A stretch of 64,000 nucleotides of DNA from contig JAIVFI010000002.1 of NCBI GenBank assembly GCA_025558095.1, positions 1 through 64,000 of the forward strand, read 5' to 3'. The DNA is from Hyaloraphidium curvatum SAG 235-1 (taxonomy: Eukaryota; Fungi; Monoblepharomycota). The notes beneath the pieces were generated by a model. The model was given only the letters and a program-made list of their open reading frames with translations. It was not told where the DNA came from and ran no database searches. Positions 34,557-45,320 of this stretch are shown in pieces (positions within the stretch are counted from its first letter, which is position 1; every line of letters begins with the position of its first letter). The position numbers and the translations under genes were made by a program.

Positions 34557-36012
34557 TCAGATCTTCGCCTTGGCCTCCACCTTGCGCACGTCCTTGATCT
34601 TGCGCACAGTTTCGACCCGAGTCCGAACCAGCTCCAGCCCCGTGTAGATGGCCCGGATGGCAGCGCCGGACTCGAGCGTGTCCTCCTCGATCGCGTACAT
34701 CATGGCATCGGCGATGTCGTCCGGCGTCAGCGTTTCGATGGACTCCTGGAGCTGAGCGGGGCGGTCAGCCGGCATCCAATGATTCAGACTCGACGGCAAG
34801 TACTACCCCAGCTGCCTGGAAGCCCGACATCTCGAAGGCGGATTTCCCGAGCGGGGTCGCGACACCGCCGGGGTGGATCGCTGGGATCCAAGCGTAAGAG
34901 AGTAGCGAAAACACGCCGAACAGCGAAGAGCCCCCACAGTAAACGCGGACTTTCGGGTTGATCTTGCCGATCGAGCGGGAGAAGCTGTAGACGGCTGCCT
35001 TGGTGGCTGAATAGATGGGCAGGGCCGCCGACTGCAAACGAGCAATGTGGTCAAAAGAGAGGCGGTCTGGTCCAGTATGCTGACGTACCGGGTACCAGGA
35101 TCCGATCGACGCCGTGTTGATGATGATTCCCTGCTTGTTCGACTCCTTGAACTCGTTCAACGCGAGCTCTGTTTGGCCTCGTCAGATTGAACGACGAAGC
35201 ACGAAGCGGGAGACCCACGAGAACCGTAGATGACCGCATTGAGGTTGACGTTGACCATCGTTTCCTGTGTATCCCGACAGAAATGAGCGAGCTCTGCGGT
35301 CCGCAAGCGCGAACATGCCCACCCAGCCGGTGCTTTCGGGATCCTTTTCGTCCTGGAAGAACTTGTCGCCATTGCCAATGCCAGCATTGTTGCTTTGAGC
35401 GCGCTGTCAGCAGGCAATTGAGATCGAAGGAAGAAGGGGGCCCCACACGACGATCTGAATCCATTGTTGTCGCCCGTAGCCAATCATTCCCGAGATACCG
35501 TCGACCGAACCCAGGCAGTCCAAGCTGTCAATCATACAGTTTCCACATCCAGCGCCGAACCCACGTCCACGGTCGCGAACCGCTTCATGCACTCGTCGAA
35601 GACCTTCTTGACCCCCGCGTGCGTCGAGAGGTCCGTCTCGACGAACGGGAAGAACCCGATGTCCAGCTCGCCGCCGTAGGTCTCGTCCAGCTCCGCGGAG
35701 AGTTTCCGGCCGCGCTCGCCGTCCCGGTCCGCCATCACGACGATTGCACCCTGGGAGACAGCGGTCCGGCACGGCGACGCGCCAAACGCGTGCGTCAGAG
35801 AATCTCCGGCAGGAAACCCATTAAGGAAAATACCCGAGAGGCGAGCTGCCGAGAGATGGCCTCCCCGCTTTCCCGCAGACGCGAGTGTTGGCATGTTTGC
35901 AGCTCGGCAACGGAGGACGCGACACCCACAATCCGGAGGCTGCGCCGGTGACGATGCAGACTTTGCGCGTCAGGTTCTTCTTGTGCTTCACGGGAGCACC
36001 TGCGGGAGCCAT
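34557..36012 (-). CDS. Short-chain dehydrogenase/reductase (15-hydroxyprostaglandin dehydrogenase-like; many small exons)
   Basis: VCIVTGAASGL(G), NNAGI, VNVNLNAVIYG, IINTASI, YSATK, IHPGGVATPL; ends AKI. Confidence 0.85.
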
Positions 36013-36189
36013 GTTTACGCTGTGGGACGGGACAATCGGATGGGCGAAGAGCTGCTTCGTCTGTGGCAAGTTCGAGGGGCGACCTTCGCCGGACTCGAAT
36101 CCGTCCGCATCACTGTTTCCTGCTTCAATTCCCACCGAAACCATGCCTCAGGTCCCTTCTTAAATCCCTCCCTACACCCCGCCTCCGCC

Positions 36190-37085
36190 CTACCCGACGG
36201 TGATGATCCCCTCCTTCACGAGGAACTCCACGACGAACTCCCGCTCGCCCATCAGCCCCTCCACTCCGAACCGATCCACCAGCGCCGCCGCCACGTCTTT
36301 GTGGCCGTTGTGCACGGCGAGGGTGAGCACGGATTCCTGGGACTGGGCGTGCTTGGCGAGGGGGTTGGCGCCGCGCTGGAGGAGGAGGCGGACGGTGGGG
36401 AGGCGGCCGGTGTAGGCCGCGAGGGCGAGGGGGGTGAAACCTGGGAAGGAAATATACGTGTGAGCAATCAAGGATCAAGTGTTGTGATACGCTTGTCTCC
36501 TGAGTTGAAGTGCCAGTTCGATCCGTTGTCGCCGTTCCAGTGACACCTTCCGATCGCCCGATGAGGCAGTAGGAATGCCAAGCTGGGTCTTCCAGACCAA
36601 CAGATTGTCTCGATGACTGCAAACCAGATCGACACAGGGTTCTGGCCACGGGTAGCCCGCCAACCGGCTTCGTGCCATGCTCCGTCCACCTTCCCAACCA
36701 ATCGCCGTCCAAACACCGCCTCCGCAACGAAACCAAGCTCACCATTATCCCGCGCCTCGAGCTCCGCCCCCGCCTCGATCAGCGCCCTCGCCAGCTCGTC
36801 CTCCCCCTCGAAGCACGCGAACGCGAGGTACGTCGTCCCCTCCCCGTCGTCGTCCCGCGCCTCCAGGTTCAGCTTCCGTCCCGTGTGCTCCTTGGACGCG
36901 CAGAACCGCACGAACTTGGCCGCCTCGGCCGTCCGTTCCGCGTAGATGAGGTTCCACAGGCACGGCAGCTTGGACTCCTTGTCCGCCGCGTTGGGGTTCG
37001 CGCCGGCGCGGAGGAGCCGCTCGATGGCGTCCCATTGGGGTTTGGAGCCGGAGCAGGCGGCGACCAGCTGGTCGTCGAGCGACAT
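36190..37085 (-). CDS. Ankyrin repeat protein (2 exons, intron of about 300 nt)
   Basis: LLRAGANPN, GTTYLAFAC...LIEAGAELEARDN, GFTPLALAA...LLQRGANP, VLTLAVHNGH. Confidence 0.85.
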
Positions 37086-37412
37086 CGCGGGGGGAGGTGC
37101 GGGAGATGGAGGGCGGCCCGGCGTTTTCCCGCGCGTCTGCTGCCGGCGCCAAGCGCCTTCGCAAGTGGAATCGGTCCGCCCGATTCCGCCAGGAATCAGC
37201 ACGGCTGCCTCGCCAAAACTATGAACGCACGCCCCTGTAATGAGAAGCAGCGGGACGTTACATTACAGCAGATGATCCCAACCAGATCGGCATAGCCGTC
37301 CTCCGACGGTCGATCCACCCGGCACGACAGATGCGATCCATCCCAACCCATCCCGAACGATCAGATCCGAGTCCATGCGCGGTCCGCGAGGGTCCGTTGC
37401 GGCGCCACGCCC

Positions 37413-38334
37413 TCACATGCCCGTGAGCAGCGCCTCCACCGCCACGTCCTCCTTCCCCCCGGCCTTGACCAGCGCCCTGATCACGTCCGCCCTCGCGAAC
37501 CCCATATCGCACAGCCGCCCCACCGCCTCCTCCTTGATCCCCGGCGGCAGCGGCTCCTTCTTCTGCGGCTGCGCCGGCCCCGCCCCCGCCGGCGCCGCCT
37601 CGGTGCCCCCGGTGCCCCCGGCGTACATCCGCGTCCACGCGCGCGCGGTGCGGTCGAATTCGGCGGGGTTGCTCATGAACACCTTGGCGACCTCGGCGTC
37701 CTGCGGGTCCTTGGGCTCGGGGGACTGCAGGAGGGCCTGGAGGGAGAGGATGGCGGTCTTGAGGGTGTAGACGGGGGACCAGGAGCCGCCGTCGGCTTTG
37801 AGGATGTCGAGGCAGATGGCGCCGGTCTGGGAGGAGATGTTGGGGTGGTAGATTTTGGTGTCGAACTGAGGAAAGGAGTGGAGGGGTTACGGGGGCGAGG
37901 GCGGGCACGTGAGACACGAATCGCGCCGGCTGCCACAGATCCTCCTTCGGCGGCTGCCTACCTTCATCTTTGGCGGCTTGAACGGGTAGTCCTGCGGGAT
38001 CTGGATGTCCACAACATACTTGCCGCCTGGACGTGCCCGGCCGAGTCAATTACAGGCTGCCCCCTCCAGAAGTGCGCCGGCCGACGACGCACCTTCATAC
38101 ACGGTCCCGGGAGGCCCCTCGAACGCGCCCTTCAGGTGGCCTGCGGGGTGGGAGCGCGGAACGGGTGGGTCGGTCCGCCTTCACGCCCGGCGGCCCCGGC
38201 TGCCACGCACTCAGGTTGTCCTCGACGACCTCGATCTTCACTTTCGCCTCCTTGTCCGACTCGCACGCCTCGATCTCCTTCATCACGCGCTTGTTCTTGG
38301 GCACCGCCGCGCCCGGCTTGCCGCGCGAGGACAT
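37413..38334 (-). CDS. UBC1: Ubiquitin-conjugating enzyme E2 with C-terminal UBA domain (UBC1/UBE2K type; multi-exon)
   Basis: GPPGTVYEG, YPFKPPKM, HPNISSQTGAICLDILK (catalytic Cys), PEPKDPQDAEVA, UBA motif LCDMGF...AVEALL. Confidence 0.93.
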
Positions 38335-39174
38335 GGCGGCGGAGGGCGCGCGGGCGGCGCGCGCGGGGAGCTCGGGGGGCGCAGGAGGTGCGGCCGCGGG
38401 GAACGGCACAGTCCCCGAGCGGAGCGGGGGGAGGAGAGGGGACGAGGGGTTGTGGTGTTCGTTCACAGGGACGCGTTGCATGGCCGCGCGCCCCCGGCGC
38501 TGCAGAACAAAGAATGCCCGCCGAGCTGGACCCGGTTTCCCCAGGAAATATGGCACGAAAATTCCATCTCAACGAAAGAAACGCCTCGTGAGACCCGATT
38601 GGACCTTGATTGTGAATATATGTCGGATCCACGGTCCTGGGAAGGAGGACCGGATCTCGAGGCCCCAGTCGTACGATCTGCACCATTCAACACCAGTGGC
38701 ATCGAATAGGACCCAAAAAGTCGCAATTGTGGCCTGGGACATCCATCTTCTTTCTCGGGTATATCAAGTGACAAACGATCCGATGCTTCGTCGAATGGTC
38801 CACCGACAAGTACACCTGACCTTCCGTCAGTGCATTCCACGCTTTCGGCCCTCGACACATCTCCTGCTTCTCTGGGAGCTATATCAAAGCCAATCACCAA
38901 GTATGTTCTCATATTGGTGCGTGTGCTCGGACCTCGCAGCGCCACAGCTTGAGAGGAGCTCACACCCCAACGTCATGGCGAAATGCTTCCCTCCAACCAC
39001 TCGCCGACCCGAATCCAGATCGTCTTTAACGTCTTTCAAGCAAAAAGCTGTGGGTACTTGGTTCGCCGCGTGAACTCGGTCACGGAGCCAAAGCTTAGCC
39101 ACACCCACTCTTCCCCGGGAGACAGATTATCGCACTTGACGCGGGCAACGCATCGCGCATGCAGGATCCAAGGA

Positions 39175-40782
39175 ATGGCACCCCCGCTCCCGCAAGTGCA
39201 GCCCGCGCCGGGGCAGGCTCTCGCGCTGGTCAACGGGCGCGTGTTCACGGCGGCGGCGGGCGGCGCGCGGTGGGCGACCGCGGTGCTCGCCGTCGGCGGA
39301 CGCGTGGCGGCTGTCGGCAGCGACGGGGATGTGCTCGCTGCGGCCCCCGCGGGCGCGCTGGTCGTCGACCTCGGCGGCCGGGCGGCGCTGCCGGGCATCC
39401 ACGACGCGCACACGCACCTCCTCTTCTCGGGCCTCAAGTTCACGCGCGAGGCGCGGCTGGGCGTCGGGGCGGGCCCGAAGCAGATCGTCGCCGACCTCGG
39501 GGCATGCACGTGCTGCAATTTGCCCGGCGGCTGGCTCGTCGGCGGCGAGTTGAACCCGTACAACTTCGGCCCCGGCGAGCTGGACCGCGCGTTCCTCGAC
39601 GCCGCCTTCCCCGATCGCCCGATCTTCCTCTACGACTACTCGATCCACCACGGCCTGGCCAACTCGGCCGCGCTCAAAGCCGCGGGGGTGGACGCAGACA
39701 CCCCCGACCCGCCCGGCGGCACGCTCGTCCGCCGCCCCGGCGGCACCGACCCCACCGGCGAGCTCGTGGAGCGCGCCACGTGGCCGGTGCAGCGTGCCAT
39801 CCCCGAGCGCCCGATGGAAGAGTACGTCGACGCCGTCCGCTGGGCCGCGGGCATGTGCGCGCGCTTCGGGATCACCTCGGTGCAGGAGGCGTCCGCGGGC
39901 CCGCAGGTGCTCGCCGCGCTGCGCCACCTGGACGTAGCCGGCGAGCTGCCCCTCCGCGTGGCCGCGCACCTGGTCTGGAAGGAGGAGGGCTTCGGGATGG
40001 CCTCGGGCGCGGAGCTCGACGCCCTCCTGGACCGCGCGGGGGAGCTCGCCACCCCGCACGTTGACACCCGCTTCGTCAAGATCTGGCTCGACGGCGCGCC
40101 GCTGCCGCCGCACTTTACCCAGGCCGACCTCAAGGAGGACGGTTCCCCCGACCTGTCCCGCATCGTCGTCGACCCGGCCGAGCTCCTCCCCGCCCTGCGC
40201 CGCTTCGACGCCTCGGGCCGCACGGTCAAGATCCACTGCGCGGGGGAAGGCGCCGTCCGCGTCGCCCTGGACGCCCTGGAAGCTGTGCGCGCGGGCAACC
40301 CCTTGGGCCCGCCGCACGAGGTCGCCCACGCGGGCTTCGTGCACCCGTCCGACGTGCCCCGGTTCGCGGCCAAAGGCGTGGTGGCGGAGATGTCGCCCGC
40401 GTTGTGGCACCGCCGCGAGCCCGAGTTCGAGGGGCTCGACGCCGGCTTCAGGTTCCGCACGATGGAGGATGCCGGGGCCAGGGTGACCATCGGCAGTGAT
40501 TGGATCATTACGCCCGATCCGAACCTGTTCCCGGCGCTGCAGGGGGTCCTGGAGCGCGGCGGGGAGTCGCTGGCGCTCGAGCGCGCGCTGGAGATCATGA
40601 CCATCGGCGGCGCTCGCGCCGTGCGGCGTGACAAGGACGCGGGATCGCTCGAGGTCGGAAAGCTCGCGGATGTCATCGTGCTGGACAGGGATATCTTTGC
40701 CGTCCCGAGCTCGCAGGTCGGCGCGACGAGGGTGCTGCTCACCGTCTTCGAGGGGCGGCCCGTGTTCCAGCAGGGAGAGTAG
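39175..40782 (+). CDS. Amidohydrolase family 3 (YtcJ-like) metal-dependent hydrolase, intronless
   Basis: LPGIHDAHTH, NSAALKAAG, GITSVQEA, KIWLDG, KIHCAG, IGSDW, GSLEVGKLADVIVLD. Confidence 0.9.
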   Translation: MAPPLPQVQPAPGQALALVNGRVFTAAAGGARWATAVLAVGGRVAAVGSDGDVLAAAPAGALVVDLGGRAALPGIHDAHTHLLFSGLKFTREARLGVGAGPKQIVADLGACTCCNLPGGWLVGGELNPYNFGPGELDRAFLDAAFPDRPIFLYDYSIHHGLANSAALKAAGVDADTPDPPGGTLVRRPGGTDPTGELVERATWPVQRAIPERPMEEYVDAVRWAAGMCARFGITSVQEASAGPQVLAALRHLDVAGELPLRVAAHLVWKEEGFGMASGAELDALLDRAGELATPHVDTRFVKIWLDGAPLPPHFTQADLKEDGSPDLSRIVVDPAELLPALRRFDASGRTVKIHCAGEGAVRVALDALEAVRAGNPLGPPHEVAHAGFVHPSDVPRFAAKGVVAEMSPALWHRREPEFEGLDAGFRFRTMEDAGARVTIGSDWIITPDPNLFPALQGVLERGGESLALERALEIMTIGGARAVRRDKDAGSLEVGKLADVIVLDRDIFAVPSSQVGATRVLLTVFEGRPVFQQGE

Positions 40783-41083
40783 GGGCTCGGTGGACAGCAT
40801 TGTCCGCCTCGGCGTCGCCGCAGTCGATTGATAGAAAGCCTCGGTTGGAAGGATCGCGATTGAGTGTTCGACTGGGTGCTGACTGCGCTGTATATGGATC
40901 GCGGGCACCGACCGCCACTCGGCCAACCTAAGATGCTCCGTCGGTCGATAGCAATAGAGTGGATCATTTGCAAGGCGCCGTACATTACATGCAGGCACAT
41001 ATTCTACGAGCGGAATCTTGCGGGGAAGGTAGGCAGCTGGGCCGCAGCATCACGTCGCAACATCGCTGGGTGTCTCCCACGCG

Positions 41084-41505
41084 ATGCCGGACCCCAGCGG
41101 CAGCATCGCCGCCGTGACGCGCCTCTACGCCAACTACAACGCGCGCTCGCTCGACGGCTGGCTTTGCGCGTTCGCCCCGGCGCGGTCTGGACCAACGTGC
41201 CGACGGGGGAGAAGTTTGTCGGCGAGGAGGGACAGCGGGCCAACTATTCCGCGTGGGACACCCCGTTTCCGACCGGACAGTGCGTTGACCTGCGGGTGCG
41301 CGCGGGCGGCGACGTCGTGGTGGCCGAGTTTGTCGGGGAGGGCGCGAACGAGGGCCCGCTGGCCGGGCCGGACGGGACCGAGCGGGAAGCGACGGGGAAG
41401 CGCGTGGCCATTCCGTTCTGCGACGTGCACACCGTGCGCGACGGACTGATCGTGGAGACGCACCGGTACTGGGACAACGCGACGGTGGCCGCGCAGATGG
41501 CTTGA
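41084..41505 (+). CDS. SnoaL-like / NTF2-fold (ester cyclase) protein with apparent 1-nt deletion at C-run 41175-41178
   Basis: LYANYNARSLDGWLCAFAP continues as GAVWTNVPTG...VVAEFVGEGANEGPL...ATGKRVAIPFCDV...IVETHRYWD only if one C is added. Confidence 0.8.
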
Positions 41506-41711
41506 TGGTGGGGGACTGCGTGCAGCGGAACCCGTGCGACGCTTGCATCGGCGGATGCTTACAGCGCAACATCGAGTGCGTTGCGTCTGATAGCGAGGCC
41601 GATGATGCACTGCGCGCATCGGGCTGATCTGCTTCCGAGAGTAGCGGGGCGTCAGCGAGTTTCCGCACGGTCGACCAGCTCCAATAGAACAACCACAGGA
41701 AACGGCACGCG

Positions 41712-42920
41712 ATGTCCGTGCCGTTCGTGCCGCCCGTGTTGCCGCCCGGGTCGCCGTGGCGCGGGCTCGACGCGGGCCGGCTCGTGGCGCGCGTGTCCAA
41801 CACGGTGGTGAACCTCGAGACGTGCCACGCCGACTTCTACGGCGCGCTGGACGAGCCCCCGGCGGCGGCGGCCCCGCGCGAGGCCAACGACGCGTACGTC
41901 CGCGCGCTGCGCTACGGCCACTCGGTGCTCGCCGCGCTGCTCGCGCCGCCCGGCACCGACCGCGGGCCGCTCGCGGAGTTCTGCCAGAACGGCGCGGTGC
42001 CAAAGGACGCCGTGCCCGAGGACCTCTTCGCCGCGATCGCGCTGGCCGTGTTCCGCCGATCATTCAAGACGCTGCGGCGCTGCATCGCGGAGTTCGTCGA
42101 CGTCGGCAGGCGCCAGCGCTGGGGCGCCTTCGACCCGTTCGGGTGCGTGGCCGGCGAGCCGCTGCCCACAAAGATGCCCGACAACACGAAGCTGTACAAC
42201 GACTACTTCTACGACCCCGCCAAGCTGGCCAGGCAGATCGCGTACACGCTGGCCCGGGCCCGCCCCGTGCGGAGGCGCATGGCCGACGACTGGTTCTACC
42301 TCGACACGCTCTCCCTGGCGCTGCTCGCCGCACCCGAGGTGTTCCGCGCCGCGTACCTCGGCACCCTTTCCCGGGGGCTGGCCCAGGGGGAGAAGCTCAA
42401 GGAGATCAACAAGGTCGCGGCCGACCTGAGCGACGGCTGGAACGCGCTGCGGCTGCCCGTGGCCGAGAACCCCAGGCCCTGGACCGAGCACCGCCGCCGC
42501 GCCGAGCGGCTGGGGTACTTCCCCTGCGCGGCCATCCTCGCCGAGAACCTGTCCATCTTCGCCGACGACTGCGCCAAGCTGGGCCCGGAATCGCAGGCCT
42601 TTGCCAGGGACGTCGCGCAGCGCACCGACGCCCTCCTCCGCACCCTCGACCTCCCGCGGCGCCCGAACCCGCCCGATCCCAAGCCCATGGAGGACATGGA
42701 GCGGCAGCTGCTGCTGTACGGCGACCTGGCCGACGCCTGCGACGCCTGCGGCAAGAAATCGGACGGGTCGTTCGTGATGAAGCGGTGCGCGAGGTGCAGG
42801 ACCGCGAGGTTCTGCTCCAGGAAGTGCTTCGCGGCGAGCTGGACCTCGGGCTCGCACCCGGAGGTGTGCTACGCCGCGGCGCCGGGGTGGATGCCGGAGA
42901 TGAAGGCGCCTTCGATGTGA
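41712..42920 (+). CDS. MYND-type zinc finger protein, paralog of 22383-24656
   Basis: CDACGK...KRCARCRTARFCSRKC...W...HPEVC; the upstream domain is shared with the paralog. Confidence 0.8.
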   Translation: MSVPFVPPVLPPGSPWRGLDAGRLVARVSNTVVNLETCHADFYGALDEPPAAAAPREANDAYVRALRYGHSVLAALLAPPGTDRGPLAEFCQNGAVPKDAVPEDLFAAIALAVFRRSFKTLRRCIAEFVDVGRRQRWGAFDPFGCVAGEPLPTKMPDNTKLYNDYFYDPAKLARQIAYTLARARPVRRRMADDWFYLDTLSLALLAAPEVFRAAYLGTLSRGLAQGEKLKEINKVAADLSDGWNALRLPVAENPRPWTEHRRRAERLGYFPCAAILAENLSIFADDCAKLGPESQAFARDVAQRTDALLRTLDLPRRPNPPDPKPMEDMERQLLLYGDLADACDACGKKSDGSFVMKRCARCRTARFCSRKCFAASWTSGSHPEVCYAAAPGWMPEMKAPSM

Positions 42921-43335
42921 GGACGGGTGGGGGCCGCCGGAGTTTGCGTGTGGGACGGGAGCCTGGGCGTGGCGGTGATTGCGGGACCCATTGGATGGAG
43001 AGAATGGGCTTGACGGCACGATACCAAGCCGGAAGGAAGGGAATCTGGAGGCATGGACGGATGGAAGTGCTCGAGTCACGGATAGATCTTTTGCCATCTT
43101 TCCTCGGCGAGCGGTCCCAGCGGCAGCTCAATGCACGCAGGGTTCAGCTAGCCCACATGCGAATGACCTCAGCTGAACGGCGTCGGTGGAGGTTCCGGCC
43201 ACAGAACACCCCGATGTGTCACCGGGAAGCGGATACGTTCGTCGGATGAACGGTTGGACCGAAACGCAATCGCACTCATTGTCCCCCGCGCCGAGCGCGC
43301 CCGCCTCGCCCGCCTCCCGCCCGCCCTCCGCGGAA

Positions 43336-44666
43336 ATGAAGCCCGTCCAGGCCGCCAAGCTGGCCGCCGCGGCCGCCGCCGCCGCGCTCTCGGCCTACCT
43401 GGGCGCCAAGGCCTACCGCAGCGCGCAGGCCCGCCGGCGGCACGCCGAGAAGCTCAGGCCGCTGTTGGAGGCGTTCGCGGCGTCGGGCGAGAAGGATATC
43501 CACGTCGCCAACGAGATTCGGTGGGCTCGTTGCCGTCGGACGCCGTCGCTTTCGCGCCTGACTCAAGGCAACCTCCCGTTGGCGTCGGGTCCCCTCGCAG
43601 CACGCTCACGCTCCACACGCTGAACCCGCACATCGTTTCCTTCTACGGCTTCTACCTGACCTGGGCCTCGTTCATGTGCGTCCCCCGGCCGCCCGGAAAC
43701 GCCCCGCTGACAACCCCGCAGGGGAATGAACATTGCCCGCATCGTCATGGCCTCGCCGCAGGCCCGCACCCCCGAGGCCTCGTTCGCGCGGTACGAGCAG
43801 ACGTCCAGGCTGCTGATGCAGTACTGGCACTTCCCGCCGGACCACCCGCGCGCCGTCGAGGCGATCGAGAGGACAAACTACATACACTCGAGGTTCCCGG
43901 CCATCTTCGAGAAGTACAGGGACGACATGGTGCGGTCGCGGCGCGCAAGCCTCCCGATCGCGGGGCTGACCGGCTTCCGCCGGCGCAGATCTACGTCTGG
44001 GGCCAGTACGGCCCGTTCGGCAACCAGCGCATTGCGCGGCGGATCGGCGCGCGGCGCATGTTCACCCCCGAGGAGTGCCAGGCGCAGTGGCTGCTGCAGC
44101 GCGAGACGCTCAAGCTGATGGGGTGCACGGCGCCGGAGCGGTACGAGGACGCGGACAGGTTCTGCGAGAAGTTCGAGGAGACGACGATGGTCGAGACCCA
44201 GTCGAGGTGGGCCGTCCCGCTGCCCGCCGCATCGGCAGCGCTTGACCCGACCGTCCGATCCAGCCTTCGGTTCGCCGAGACGCTTTTCCTCTACTTCGAA
44301 AACATCAAGCCCGCGGGCCTCGGCCGCGGCATCGCCAAGGCCTTCTGCGAGGGCATCTTCCCCGAGCCCATGAAGCGCGCCTCTGGCCTCTCCAACCCCT
44401 CGTTCGGCACCAAGCTCGGCGCGTGGCTCATCTTCGACGCCATCCTGCCCGCCGTCGACTTTTACCTTTACTGGTTCGCCTTCTCGGACGTGCCGCACAC
44501 GCACCCGGGGGAGATGGGCGAGGACGGGCTGGTGGAGCGGCCGAGGATATTCGGCAGGGAGGCGGCGAGCGCCAGGTGGGAGGACAAGGGGGAGAGGTTC
44601 AGGATCGCGGACGTGAACGACAAGTACCAGCCGGGGGAGAAGCTGGCGTTCCCGACTTCGGGTTGA
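43336..44666 (+). CDS. MpaB/DUF2236-like (rubber-oxygenase-related) membrane-anchored oxygenase (multi-exon)
   Basis: N-terminal hydrophobic anchor, RYEQTSRL, AVEAIERTNYIHSRF, DDM-IYV, LKLMGC...FCEKFE, which fit the MpaB family pattern. Confidence 0.65.
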
Positions 44667-44872
44667 GGGGCGGAGCCTGTAGATCGGGGACTTGTTGAAC
44701 TCGTGTCGAAGTTTGCTATCTAGAATTGGTACTTCGTTGTCTGCGCAATGAGCGCGGCCTCTCAGGGTGGATCGCCAGGAGGATTCGCGCGGGCGGCAGA
44801 GAAAATGAGTCGGCCCCGGGTGCGGCTGTCACCCGTCGCGGACACCCTGTTGATTCCTCAAAGACAACGACG

Positions 44873-45211
44873 ATGGCCCAAATCAAGGTGGTCTACCACG
44901 TCAACGACCCCGCGTCCTTCCCGGGCGCCCTCAAGAACGTCTCCAACCACCTCGCCGCGGACCCCGGCGCGCGCATCGTCCTCATCTGCAACGGCGGCGC
45001 GATCAGCGCGCTCACCACGGCAGGGGGCCACGCGGACAAGATCACGGATCTTGCGGGCAAGGGCGTCACCTTCGACGGTTGCGCCAACTCGATGCGCGGG
45101 GCGGGATTGGAGCAGAAGGACCTGGTGCCGGGGGTCGAGGTGGTCCCGGCGGGCGTGGCGGAGCTGGCGAGGCTACAGTGCGTCGAGGGCTACGCGTACA
45201 TTAAGCCTTGA
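44873..45211 (+). CDS. DsrE/DsrF-like family protein, intronless, bacterial type
   Basis: KVVYHVND...ALKNVSNHL...IVLICNGGAI...FDGCANSM...VVPAGVAELARLQ..GYAYIKP. Confidence 0.85.
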   Translation: MAQIKVVYHVNDPASFPGALKNVSNHLAADPGARIVLICNGGAISALTTAGGHADKITDLAGKGVTFDGCANSMRGAGLEQKDLVPGVEVVPAGVAELARLQCVEGYAYIKP

Positions 45212-45320
45212 TGCCAGAGAGCGGATAGGACGCGATTCGGGTGGAACGGACGCGTTCGGACGGGATGCTCGGCACGACCTGTCAGCGGGACAAGCTCATG
45301 CAATTCGAACAAGCTATCCA

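Noticed and set aside
36442-36742. Unusually long (about 300 nt) lower-GC intron in the ankyrin gene as a possible snoRNA host
   Set aside because: No convincing C/D or H/ACA box arrangement was seen by eye.
38500-39150. Lower-GC interval as a possible transposon remnant
   Set aside because: No terminal repeats or transposase/RT motifs. It is consistent with the divergent promoter region between UBC1 and the amidohydrolase.
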